Source: Rhina ancylostomus (taxonomy: Eukaryota). From it: 64,000 bases of DNA. This document shows, in pieces, positions 24,742 through 37,065 of the stretch. Position 1 is the stretch's first letter; every line of letters begins with the position of its first letter. The DNA lies in assembly GCA_030265395.1 (NCBI GenBank), contig JARFYF010000094.1, positions 56,486,866 through 56,550,865 of the forward strand. The letters are read 5' to 3'. The notes below the pieces were generated by a model, which was not told the DNA's origin, ran no database searches, and worked only from the letters and a program-made list of their open reading frames with translations. The position numbers were made by a program, and so were the translations under genes.

Positions 24742-25935
24742 TTGACATTAAGGCAGCATTTCACTGAGTGCAGCATCAAGGATACTTAGCAAAACTGGTC
24801 AATAAGAATCAAAGGTCACACGGGTCCCTGTTGTGGTTATTGATGCCACTCATCTTAGCCACCAGACACTGCTGCAGTAGTTCTTCAGAATAATGTCCTC
24901 AGCCCAATCATCTCTCCTCCATCATTCCCCCATTATAAGACCAGCTCAAATTGGGAGGGCACCAACTGACCAGAAATGTAATTGGATCAGCCTCATAATA
25001 CTTGTAGGCTACTTCCAGTCAGAAGTTAGGTATCCTGTGGCAACTGCCTTACCTCCTGCCACCCCAAGACCCTTCCACCNNNNNNNNNNNNNNNNNNNNN
25101 NNNNNNNNNNNNNNNNNNNNNNNNNNNNNNNNNNNNNNNNNNNNNNNNNNNNNNNNNNNNNNNNNNNNNNNNNNNNNNNCTGCCACCCCAAGACCCTTCC
25201 ACCATCTACAATGCACAACACGGGAGTGTGATGGAATATTCACCACCTGCTGGACGAGTTCAGCTCCAACAACTCTCAAGAAGCTCAATAACATCCAAGC
25301 AAAAGCAGCCAGCTTGCTTGGCACATGATCCTCTAAACATTCACTCCTCCCTTACCAATGGCACATTGTGGGTGCTACATGTACCACTTCCAATACACAC
25401 TGCAGCAACTCACCTACACTTCTACAGTATCATCCAAACCTACAACCATGACTATCTACAAGGATAAGAATATCCTTGAGTATGGGTGCATCATTATGTG
25501 CAAGTTCCCCTCCATTATTGATTTTTTCCCCCATTATTGCTAGGTCAATATCTTTGTTCTCCTTGCTTAACAACCATTGGAATTCCTTCATCATATGCAG
25601 TGGTTCAATGTGGTTCACTTCCTCAAGAGCAATTAGCAAAGAGAAACAGAGTCAGAGTTATACAGCACAGAAACAAGCCCTTTGGCCAAACTCATCCCAT
25701 TTGCCTGTGTTTGGCCCATATGTGAATACCACTAAATGCAAATTCTGCCCCAAGACCCATACCATCCTGACTTAGAAATATATCTCTGTTCACTCATTGT
25801 CACTGGGTCAAAATCATGCAAGTTCTTACTTAACATCATGGCAGCATATACACCACACAGACGGCAATAGTTCAAAGGGGAAGCTCATCACTGCTATTAC
25901 AATTTATGCTGGTCATTGCAAATACCCACACCCCA
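24742..25935 (+). mobile_element. Second copy of the same LINE family, opposite orientation
   Basis: Starts at 'ttgacattaaggcagcatt' (DIKAAF). 'gtgatggaatattcaccacctgctggacgagttcagctccaacaactctcaagaagctc' is the reverse complement of the family sequence at ~1800-1860. Confidence 0.7.
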
Positions 25936-25944
25936 TGAGTAGTG

Positions 25945-26518
25945 AAGCAGCTAGTATAATCGAAGACCCCACCCACCCGGATCATTCTCTCTCCTCTCCC
26001 ATTAGATAGGACCAGGCTTAAGGACAGCTTCTATCCCACTGTGATAAGACTATTGAACGGTTCCCTTATATGATAAGATGGACTCTGACCTCACGATCTA
26101 CCTTGTTGAGACCATNNNNNNNNNNNNNNNNNNNNNNNNNNNNNNNNNNNNNNNNNNNNNNNNNNNNNNNNNNNNNNNNNNNNNNNNNNNNNNNNNNNNN
26201 NNNNNNNNNNNNNNNGGACAGCTTCTACCCCACTGTGATAAGACTATTGAACGGTTCCCTTATATGATAAGATGGACTCTGACCTCACGATCTACCTTGT
26301 TGTGACCTTGCACCTTATTGTTTACCTGCACTTTCCCTGTAGCTGTGACACTTTACTCTACTGTTATTGTTTTTACCTGTACTACCTCAATGCACTCTGT
26401 ACTAAGTCAATGTAACTGCACTATGTAATGAATTGACCTGTACGACTGGTACACAAGACAAGTTTTTCACTGTACATCAGTACAAGTGAAAATAATAAAC
26501 CAATGCCAATACCAATAA
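25945..26518 (+). mobile_element. Rex1-type LINE 3' end
   Basis: IIEDPTHPDHSL...RLKDSFYPTVIRLLN motif, 3' UTR, and 'aataaaccaatgccaataccaata' tail. Confidence 0.75.
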
Positions 26519-28365
26519 AATAATCCTTCAAACTTAATGTGGGAGACTGCTTCAACAGCAAGCATCATACCAACCTCAATATCATTTTTTTTCCTAAGAG
26601 CGTAAATGATCACCTTGGAACAGGGCTGTACAACAATCTTTTAGAGATCAAAAGTGACAATTCAAAACACTTGAGGAACTAAACTTCCTAAGAGGTCCTT
26701 ACCATTCATTGCAATTGCTTTATGACCCTGGAATCTTCATGGAGACTGGCAGCAGAGAGTTACTTTCTGTCATTATGCTGGGAAATCTGGTGCTGAACAT
26801 GTGCTGGGTTAGACCATGTGCAGGTTCAATGCACAGGAACAACTCCCAGGGAGATCACTAGGTCTCAGGTTCATTATAACAATAATTAATTTTTAAAACT
26901 TTTTCAAGAGTTTTTTTTTTAAAAACAGTATGGTTAATTTTAATTGGAACTGATCATCTTTGAATGTTTGTAAACACCACTGACACTTAGAGTCTTTTGG
27001 TAGCTCTGAGAGCCTGCAAACCTGGAGTTGTGGCTTAGTACATCAGGGGAATAGGGGAGGGAAGGCAAGTAGTCAGGTGACCACGAAGTCTCTGTTCTCT
27101 GCAGACCTTGCCAATCAGGAACTAGCTTCAGGGCCATGGCTGGTATGTTTGAGTCACCTTTGGCATGAAGACACTGGAGACAGTTATTCCATACTATGCC
27201 CTTCAGAGAGACAGGAGGATTAATATATAGAAGCAATTTACTTTCTATATGATAAGAACCAAGCACTAGTTGATAAACTGCCATCCCTTGGGGACTGTCC
27301 ACAGTTCTGGGTGGATGAGCACCTATGGGAGGGCAGTGTAATCCTTGATGAAGGGAGTCTCCTCTGATGGCTGGTTAAATGTGAATGTGGATCTGTTGAG
27401 TCCCACAGGCTCACTGCTTACCAAGGTGTGTCAGACAGAACTGTCCTGCAGGTCTGTTTGACATTGTGCACCACACTTTTGGATAGTGTTTTATTCAATG
27501 GAAAAATGCTGAACAACCTCAATAGCAGAAACCTGGAATTAATGACTATCTTTTTTGTTTAAAAAAAGCACTTCTGAGCTTTCTTGATTTTTCATGTAAA
27601 GTGTCTGCGCTNNNNNNNNNNNNNNNNNNNNNNNNNNNNNNNNNNNNNNNNNNNNNNNNNNNNNNNNNNNNNNNNNNNNNNNNNNNNNNNNNNNNNNNNN
27701 NNNNNNNNNNNTGCATGAGAAATTTTATAAATCAATGAATGCTAATTATCTCACGAGAGCTTGGGAAGGATTTCTCTGGAAATGAGACAATTTATATGCA
27801 ATAATACCAAGTTGCCTGGCCAAGAACAAATGATTGATACAGGTTAGTGAGTATGTTTGGCAGCTGTACCTAGCTTATCGCAAAAGTCACTTCCTCTTCA
27901 CGGAATAATCACTCACAAAAAAAGCTATTGACCGAGGCAAAAAGTATCCTCTCAAAATTGGGGTCTTGTACTCTGATAATAAAGCAACCTGAGTATTATA
28001 CCAAGGTTTTCAAAGCAAATACATCTAGAATATTATTTAAAACTGTGACAGAGTCAGTAACATTTCATTTGTCCAGCCCACTTGAATTTTCGGACTTTTA
28101 TATGTATCTGGCACATTGAAATTTGTTCATAGCTGTCCCACCAGCACGATGAATATACTACATTCAATAATCATTGGTGCTTATTCCCTCTTGTCACAAG
28201 TTAAATGCTATTTGCATAAAACAGAATTAATAACAAAACAGGACCTTCATGTTTCATTAATAACTGTAATATACAATATAATTTAACAAGTCAGTTTGAG
28301 AAGACGACCACCCTTTATGTTTCCATTGAATAATCTGTGCACGTGCCCTGCTACTCTTCTCTCAC

Positions 28366-28462
28366 CTTTGTTTGGCCCAGGACCTGAAGGCCCTTGATTG
28401 GAAGCAGGCATACGAACTGGTCCCTGCCCCACCATCATCAACGGTGGCACCTGGTTTGAAGC
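28366..28462 (-). CDS. WDR33: WDR33 coding exon (ASNQVPPLMMVGQGPVRMPASNQGPSGPGPNK)
   Basis: Polypyrimidine tract plus AG at 28463-28464, donor G|GTGAGA, 97 nt, phase 0 to 1. Ends GPGPNKG as in human. Confidence 0.88.
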
Positions 28463-29399
28463 CTTTTGTTGGAAAGAGCAGAAGAAATGAGTCAACTGTG
28501 AGACTACTGTAAATTTAAAGAAAACTCTGTTTTACAAGTGAGATGGGACAGACTTTAAATGACACACAAACAGAAAAGGGATAACGCTCCATGAATTTAT
28601 TATGCACCTCAATCTTTTGTTAAATCCAACTTGATTGAAAACTGGTTTGTGTGTTTACAGTGGCATAATCATCATTATGCAAAAACTAAACTTTTCACAT
28701 TGATGACTTTCATCAGAATTATTTCTTTCTCCACAAATGCTGCCCAACCAGGTGTAGATGTTAAGTAGAAACTGAGTCACAAGATAGGGAGAGTCCCGTG
28801 ATGAAGATGTAAAGGAAGGTTTCATGGGAGCATATTTTAGTGTTAGTGAAAACCTCAAAAACGGAGTTGAAAGAAAAGTGCACAGCATGACCTCCAATTG
28901 TACATTTTCCAATTCACCTGCAATAGGGAGCAACAGTAAATGGGGTATTTTAATGTATATGTATGTTCAGGACTTTCTTCCAATTATTCAGCTTATGAGT
29001 TTCTCTTACTAGGTTTCCTAACAAGTCACAGGATTTTGGTAATCACACAGAAATATTCCCTCCAAAAAGTAAACAGAAATATCAATGATTTTTATTTGAG
29101 TAAAGAAATCATTACACCATACTTATTCATTTTTTATGTGTGGGGTGCAGTGCTGTTACAACATATACCACCTGGACTCTACTGTTGTCACAATAGATTC
29201 ACTCTGGCTTCCAGAACCTGTTATATTCAGCAGGATCTGCCCAGAGTGTCCTATTGCACTTTCCAAAAGAAGGGCACTACAAAGACCCTCAAGATTGTTG
29301 AGAGCTCACTTTTTGCAAGTACAGGGAGAGGTCCAATAACATCCAAATATTAGCAAGGTTGGAATCCAATGTGACTATACATAAATCACAATGGAAGGT

Positions 29400-29670
29400 T
29401 ACCAACTAAATTCAGAATTGGAGGGATGCAGGCAACTCAGAAAACATTACAGAGAAAGAGAAGCACAAGACCGTGAAAGGATTTGATAGGAATGGGAATT
29501 TTAAAATGGAGGTGTTGCTTAGCTGGGAGCTGTTGTAGGTCAGTAAGCACAGGGATGATAGTTGAATGGGGCTGGATTTGGGTTAAGACAGGGCAGCAGA
29601 ATTCTGGATGAGCAGAAGCATAAACACAGCAGGTCAATGAAGGCCAGCTAGGAGTATGTTGAACAGTCAA
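29400..29670 (-). mobile_element. L2-type LINE 3' ORF fragment
   Basis: Minus ORF 29437..29670: HSTIIPVLTDLQQLPAKQHLHFKI, resembling the L2 C-terminal motif HITPVLxxLHWLPVxxRIxFKI. Confidence 0.6.
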
Positions 29671-30049
29671 GTCATTATTGTCATTTTATCAGCAATACTA
29701 TAGCTTTTTTTGCATATTATCTCTCTCAAACACTTAGATTTTTGATGGTGTGGTTGTCTGCACCTCTTCCAACAGCACCATGGAATCTTTATCACCCATC
29801 AGAACTAACCTTAGTTTACTGTTTGATCTGTAAACGACCACAATCAACAAGACGATAAAGCACTCCCTCAAATTTTCAATGGACAATTAGTTGACCCAGA
29901 TTATCAATCTAGATCTCAATATGGATTTTGACCTATAACCTTCTGGCCCATTTACTAACTGATTCACTATCCACAACACACATATGTGTTACAAGGAATA
30001 ACATTTTGTATCCAAAAAGAAATGTGTGCTCTGAAGCAAGTCATGACCC

Positions 30050-30365
30050 CTTACAGTAGCATGTAGAGTGATTACTGGTCTAGTTATCCAGAGGCCTGCA
30101 CTCATCATCCAGAAGTAAAGAGTTCAAATCCCACCTGAGAAGCTGAGAAATTTAAAATTTAGTTCAAAATAAAAAGCTGATATCAATAATGGTGAAATCA
30201 CCACAGAGTAATAAAATCCCATTTCATTCACTATTGCCTTTTGGGGAAGAAATGAAACTTCAGGACTGACGAAATATGATTGAGGTCATGGATAAGGGTC
30301 GAGAATGGCCGAGCCATTCAATCATAGGTGGGCAAAAAACACTGGCCTTGCCTACTACACATACA
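30050..30365 (+). mobile_element. Degenerate tRNA-derived SINE (related copy at ~46425-46690)
   Basis: 'tagttatccagaggcctgcactcatcatccagaag...gagttcaaatcccacc' B-box-like head; tail 'gggcaaaaaacactggccttgcc'. Confidence 0.45.
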
Positions 30366-31400
30366 TGGAGTGAAATAATAGTAAACTAGATTGAGAAATG
30401 GTGTATTGAGCCATCCACTCTCAGCCACGTACTTGAATTTGCAAACCTCAAGAAGTTAGGCAAAAGCTCTGTGGTGTCCATCTGCCTAAATGTGCCTAAC
30501 AGAATCTTCTACATACTTCAAACATGTGCACTGCTGTCAGTATGAAACAGCTGGCAGCACTCACCTCTGGGCCAGAACGTTACGGTTTCAAGCTTTTTGA
30601 TATGTCCTCGATCCATAAAGGAGGCTTGTATTTAATGCATGGTCACTCTTTAGAACAGATGTACTTTACTGAAATGAAGGTCTTTCTTAGAGTTCACTAA
30701 TTGCAACAGATTTACAGATCACCTTATTGCATTTTGTAAGATCATTCTACATCTAACACAGGTTCTTGCAGATGAAGCAGTTCCTCAGAGATACAAGCCT
30801 CTTCATCATTAATTTTAACATTCCCATAAATATTAAAGAAGCTTACACATGAAACACCTGGAATATTAGGGCAAAATGTTAAAGCCCTATTTTTAATATA
30901 TTTAGTAGGTGTCATTAACGTGAACTCTTTATTCCAAAAATGACCTTCAGCACAGTGACATGGTTCTAAAGTGTGAGAACACACTTTCCTACTTTGCAAA
31001 GTGCATTCAATAGTTTAGAATCACAGGGATTCAGTATATAAACCAAGTACATTCATTGTGGCTGCCTCACTGAAGCATGCTCTGTTACCTATCCTGCACT
31101 TAGCCTCTGCAGTGGGCCAGTCATGCTGCCAATATTTACCATTTTTGGGGTTAACAATTGAAATTTTGCAGTGGAAATTTGATTCAGCAAAACACTGGCA
31201 AAGGGATTAGTGATTTCAATCATCCAGATTGAAGAAAGTTTGATTAAAATCTCCATAGCTTTCTGAACCAATACAAGTTTACAACAATTCAATTAAAACA
31301 TAATAAACGTAAGCTTCCTTGGATCTTCGATGACTTTGTGCAGTCTATGGACATAGCTTCTGTATATTGTGGGACACCTAATAGACTCAGAATGGCTCAC

Positions 31401-32240
31401 CTGGTTAAATGGCATTCTAGGTCCATCACCCAGCAATGATGGCTTGGCTGGCTGTTGAAAGGAAGAGGCNNNNNNNNNNGGTGGCCCTTGTGTGTTTGAA
31501 GCACCCTGCTGAGAATGTGGAGGTCCTCCTGGTGCACACTGTGGCCCTTGAGGCCCCTGTGGTCCTTGCATGCCCTGGGGATGTCCTTGTATGCCCTGTG
31601 GAGGTCCCTGCATTGGAGGGCCTTGCATTCCTCTTGGACCTGATGGTCCCTGTATTCCTTGTGTCACAGGTAATCCTTGGGGCCCTGGATGTCCTTGCGA
31701 GCCTGGATGACCTTGGGGTCCTAAACCTTGCTGAACATGGGGTCCTTGCTGTCCTTGTGGCCCAGGGTGATTTTGGGGACCTGGAAAACCTTGTGAGGCA
31801 TGTGGTCCTGGATGGCCCTGGGGCCCTGGGTGGCCTTGAGGTCCTGGATGACCCTGGGGTCCCAGGTGGCCTTGAGGTCCTGGATGGCCCTGGGGTCCTG
31901 GGTGGCCTCCAGGACCATGAATTCCTTGTGGTCCTGCATGTGCTTGGGGTCCCATTAATCCTTGTGACCCAACAGGGCCCTGCATTAGTGGAGGGACTTG
32001 AGGACCCATTTGTCCTGGAGGTGCTGGTGCTCTGAAATTGCCTTTCGGTCACGAGTGTCCAAGAGGCATGTTCATTTGCATCTGTTGAGGTGGATGTGCC
32101 TGCTGAAATCCTTGTGGACCCTGCGGAATAAATCCTTGTCCCGGAAAGGCCTGTGGTGCCAAGGAAGGACCTTGTTGCTGCTGCTGTTGTTGCTGAACTT
32201 GTTCCGCTTGTTTCTGTGCCATCCTCTCAATCTTCAGTTG
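31401..32240 (-). CDS. WDR33: WDR33 large exon: poly-Q and collagen-like (GPQGHP)n region; contains an in-frame TGA at 32049-32051 and a 10-N gap at 31470-31479
   Basis: AG at 32241-32242, then QLKIERMAQKQAEQVQQQQQQQQ..., ending LLGDGPRMPFNQ|GTGAGC. Matches human QLKIERLAQKQVEQ...LLGDGPRAPFNQ. Confidence 0.92.
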
Positions 32241-33216
32241 CTATGCAGAAGGAATAAGTACATCAAATGTAATGTTATTTACAATTTGCAAGCATATCAT
32301 AGTCTATCAAAGAAACCTGGTGAATAATTTAGTTTGGTGTGGAAGTCTTTAAAAGGATTGTATAATGGAGGGCTTCAAACACTTTTAGGGGATTATTAAG
32401 CAATGCTAATTTTCATCTTCTGACCCCAACCACATCAGACACTGCCATTATTTTATAGTGAACACAATGCAAACAACAATAACAGGATTGTCATCATTGA
32501 AATGAATCTACAATGTAAAAAGGGTTTTGGCACTGAGAGGAGATATCCAAATTATTGGCCCAGTTCATCCGCAGAATTTGCTGTTAGCTAACCTTAAGTT
32601 CGTAAAAGAGCTACAATTGGCCATGGAAGGACAGGCTCACCACAATAGTTATCTATTACTTCTGGAAATGTACATCTGTAATAAAGGTGTGGGGCTCAAA
32701 GGTCATGTCCCCGGCCTGTGGCCATATTGATTGCAATTGTAGTTAACACTGATACATGTATAATGGCCATGCATGTATTTGGCTCAAGGATGGCCTGAAA
32801 TTTCAGAGCATGATAAAAGATGCTTGGCTGCTCGATACAGATGTGATTGCCTTTCCAGGAATTGGACAACTGTCCAAGGCAATATTTCCCCTGCTATTCT
32901 GCTTGCTTAAATAAGCCTTTGTTCTCTTACTGGCCAAGACTATGAAATCATTGTACACACCCAACCTGCATAAGGCAACATCCTGATTTGCCAAAATAAT
33001 GCCCTCATGGATCATCTCCCAGCTTAGTATTCCACCCATTGGATCAAACATTTCATCGATCTGTAGTTAAGTATTTAAGCAGGGCAAAAATCACTCAAAA
33101 CAACATTATAACATATCCAAAAGTTGTAAGTTCCTTGTTAGCTGGAAAATCTGCTTGACAACAGGTTATGAGTTACCCAGATTACAAGGATTTCGACAAT
33201 GAAGGTGCTCTCTAAC

Positions 33217-33369
33217 CTCCAGGAGCAATGGATTGGTGTACTGGAGGGCAGCCATCTCCTGCTCAATTTCTGCTTGAGATTTCTTCTTTTCATCCTTTTT
33301 CTTCTCTTCTGCCCTCTCGATCTTTGGCTCCTCAACAGGGACTGTAAGAACCTTATTCTGAGACCATGC
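33217..33369 (-). CDS. WDR33: WDR33 coding exon (AWSQNKV...KKKSQAEIEQEMAALQYTNPLLLE)
   Basis: AG at 33370-33371, donor GAG|GTTAGA, 153 nt, phase 0/0. Human: AWMQNKV...KKKTQAEIEQEMATLQYTNPQLLE. Confidence 0.95.
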
Positions 33370-34294
33370 CTGCAGATAAAAGAAAAACATTATTATGTAA
33401 CATTGATATATTTTCCCATCTTCAAACTTCCCACCACCATCCCATGTTTCTATCGCTTCAAATTCCCATTTGACTTCACTCGATATGTTTACAATAGACT
33501 GAGAGGTTTTGTTTGTTGTTGTTGTACAAGCACAGCGCTACTTTCCTATCTGGAGGTATGAATATGGGCTTCCATTGTTACAAAAAAGCTGAAGAATGTG
33601 TGTGCAATGCTTATCTTGGGAGGAAGTTGTCTCATATCTTTCATCTTACATGGTATACACTTCATCTCTCTTAATGTTTCATATCACAAAAGTGACTAGA
33701 CTCCAAAAACTCTTCTGCACTGAAGTGCTTTGAAACATCCCGAGCACATGAAAAATGTCTCTTTCTCTCCCCACTCCTTCTCTATTCCCCTCACTGGGAA
33801 TACTCTCCTTTCTTCCCACTTGGCATTCCCTCCCTGCCATTTACTGAGTATATCTATCCTTCGTCTCACCTGGCATACTCTTGCACTTCTGTTAGCTATA
33901 ATTGTGTGGGAATAGGATTCTGTAAGCCATAATGGTATTCAAGTATAATAAGCAACCTCCATGTGCAAAAATCTAGACAATGGTGGTGTTGCTCAACCAT
34001 AGGAGATGGTACCTATCTTTATCCAAGAAAGGACTAGATTCTCAGCAGAAATTGTAATGTGATAATTAAAGCAGGGCCGTTGGCAAGTTTCCTTTTTCTC
34101 ATTCCAACAAACACCAGGGCGTTAAACTCCCATTGCTCTGCAGATGAGCTTGGCTAAATCAGCACTGAGCAAATATTAAGTCCGGATATTCCTCACCCAT
34201 GTAGCTCAGTGCCACACCATAAACTGTGAGCAGGGTTTCCTACAAGTCAATCTAATTAGGTCAGTATCATTTAAGAGTACTAGATTTGACAGAC

Positions 34295-34434
34295 CTGTTG
34301 AAACTGTACAGGAATTGGCTTTGCATAAGGGACTTTCTTCTGTATCACTTTCTTTTGATCCTTCAACATCATTTCATCCATGCCCCAATCCAATCCTGGG
34401 ATTGCCATCTCCACTTCATTCACCTCTTCTTTGT
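34295..34434 (-). CDS. WDR33: WDR33 coding exon (KEEVNEVEMAIPGLDWGMDEMMLKDQKKVIQKKVPYAKPIPVQFQQ)
   Basis: AG at 34435-34436, donor CAG|GTCTGT, 140 nt. Human: EIEMTIPGLDWGMEEVMQKDQKKVPQKKVPYAKPIPAQFQQ. Confidence 0.95.
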
Positions 34435-35229
34435 CTGCAAAAAAAATTCATGCTTTATAAGGCCATGAAACTAGGCAGAACATTTTTGAAATATTTATGG
34501 GGTGACTCACTTCAACATATTCACATACCATGTATGCAGCCAAAATCTATTTAAATGGAAGAACAGTTGGAACATTGACCCTTAACAACACCAAAGGAAA
34601 CTTATCTCCTTCAGTAATTAAATAATTATTTGGGCTCCCAATTAATCACAGTGTGATTAGCACAATTGCAAATTAACATACTAATGTTTTTAAATGTTAA
34701 TGAAAGAAAGGCAAATTTCAAGAAGAATTCAAGATTTGCACTATGCCAAACCCACATTTCCTCTGAATCCTGGTTGTCATTTTGTTGCTGACACACACCC
34801 ACTCACCCTCCCCACCAGGTGTCATAGATTTCACCCTACCAGCTACTCTACTGTCTCAAACCCTCCTTCCTCAGCCACATTACTACTCCCCATCACAAAG
34901 TTATTGCAGAGTCACTGACTGCCGTCCTGTCACAGAACCTTGCACCCTGCCCCAAGAAAGAAAAAAAACAGAACTTTCGAAAAAAGTACATTTCCCTAGG
35001 CCAAATCCAACCTGATATAGTTCTTCAGACCTTCCTGGCTTCTCAGGACTATCGTCTTGTTGGAGCCTTGCAAGTGATGTCCCACTGTTCCTTCACTGGA
35101 CCAGTAAAAGGTCAAAGTGTTTTGTTTGTTTAGCAATGTGTTTAAGACATGGATTAGCACATTATTATTTTATTTGCACAATTGTCCTATAAATGACAGA
35201 GGAGGCTGAGTCTAGGCCAGCGTCTAGGG

Positions 35230-35535
35230 AAGGAATCCCATTGGTCCCATTTCTTTTCTCCTTATTTTCATGTAGTCCTGCGATTTAGTCTTTCTCACAC
35301 ACATCCCTCAACTCCACTGCTGATTCTTTCTGCTACTTACCTACACTAAGAGATAATTTACAGTGCCAAGTAACTTACCAGCACAGTTGCAGGATGTGGG
35401 GGGAAAACAGAGAACCGAGAGGAAACCTAAACAGTCACAGGGAGAACATGCAAACTCCACGGAACAGCACTGGAAGTCAGGATTGAATCCAGGTCATTGG
35501 AGCTGTGAAGCATTAGCTCTACTAGATGCAGCAAC
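35230..35535 (-). mobile_element. HE1-like V-SINE, degenerate
   Basis: 'cacagggagaacatgcaaactccac...gtcaggattgaatccaggtc' is the reverse complement of the V-domain and B-box of the 13690 copy. Confidence 0.7.
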
Positions 35536-37065
35536 ATAACTATGCTTGTTTATCCATTGGAAATATCCAAACAGGCTCCACAAAAGATCTAGGACTCGTA
35601 AACAATTCTGTATCTCCCCGACTAAACAAACTGAAGGAGTGTTAATGAATAGTGCAGTCTGAACCAAGATGTGCAAGTCACAATAATGAATTCAATATCA
35701 AATCAGGCATGGAAAACCTAATAAAGATGAAAAGAAAGACTTGATTGAGGGACGGAGAGAAAAAAAATGCCAAAGATAAGAAAAAAATTAAGTCATCAGA
35801 GGTTCAGAACAAATGAGTGTCCATTCTTAAGATGTTAATTTTTTTTGTATTGACATGTTGTTTGGCAGTAATTTACACTAATTAGACTATAAAAAGGATG
35901 CATAGACAAGCAATATGTGAGTATAGTCTGCATCTACCATTTTTGTACAGAAACTTCAAACTACTCAGGGCTATAGGTCAAACAATAAGGTGAGTCCTTG
36001 GTACAGGCTTTGGGAAGGGTAAGGAGATCATCGGAGCCTTTCTATCAGTAACCACATGATCCAATTGTGTATTTGAGTTGTTATTTTTAAATTGCTTGAA
36101 GGTCACTTTTATATGACTATTTGTGGGAGCCCACTATGTGCAAAAGGGCTATCACNNNNNNNNNNNNNNNNNNNNNNNNNNNNNNNNNNNNNNNNNNNNN
36201 NNNNNNNNNNNNNNNNNNNNNNNNNNNNNNNNNNNNNNNNNNNNNNNNNNNNNNNTCCACTCCCCATTTATATTTTCTGGTCTTTTAATTAAGTTGGAAT
36301 TACTCTAAAAAAAATCATTGACATATGCTCTGCAGGTTCTGATCAATTTGAAAACATCTTCATGATATTATTAAAGCCTTAATAAAAAAGTTTGCTCCCC
36401 ACCATGATGTACCAGATACATTAAATGTACAAAGTCATCTATTAACAGATGCTATTCAAATGTTTTATCTGTTCCTGATTCAAAAAGTCCAAAGATTTGT
36501 AATAGATTCCAGTCTGCCATCTAAGGATCCTGATGTGATACTTTAAATATTTGTGGGGCAGATACTTGTCACATACTGATATTGGCCGATACTGGCACAT
36601 ACTTTGATGGAATGGGGAATCTTGTAATGTGCTCTACTGGTTGGATCTGTTTTGATAATAATTACGATTTTAAATCTTGTATCATCAAGTGGCTGGAAGG
36701 ACATGCTGATGATGCTACAGCAAGGCTAATAGGGCATCTGGGACCTTGGTAAATAATGGGACAAAGTGTCTACATCCTTAAGCAATGAGATATCAGGACT
36801 GTGAAATAAACAGCAAGACCGGGAATGATTGAGAAAGAGTGGGGGAGTTCAAATGAAGACTTATATCTCCATAGGTTGAGAACATGAAGGAACAAAACTC
36901 CATATTTTTAACCAAGAAAGCATGCATGACTAGCAGTGGATAATAATTACCTGGTCTATAAAAGGGTACTTTAATTATGAAAAGGTATTAATTAAAAAAA
37001 AACTTTATTTGGCTAGTTTAATGGCAATCAATGAGCATGTGCAGCAACTTTATGAAAATCCCAAT

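Noticed and set aside
25054-26300. Near-exact duplications flanking 100-N gaps (25054-25078/25180-25203; 26023-26110/26216-26300; also 46042-46061/46165-46184)
   Set aside because: Typical unmerged contig overlaps, i.e. assembly artefacts rather than biological repeats.
31800-31910. Regularly spaced 18-nt repeats as a possible CRISPR-like array
   Set aside because: They are coding tandem repeats (GPQGHP) with no spacers, in a vertebrate gene.
31426-32052. Overlapping 199-aa plus-strand and 208-aa alternative-frame ORFs over the collagen-like exon (similar ones at 21766-22237)
   Set aside because: Expected shadow ORFs of Gly/Pro/Gln-rich repetitive coding sequence.
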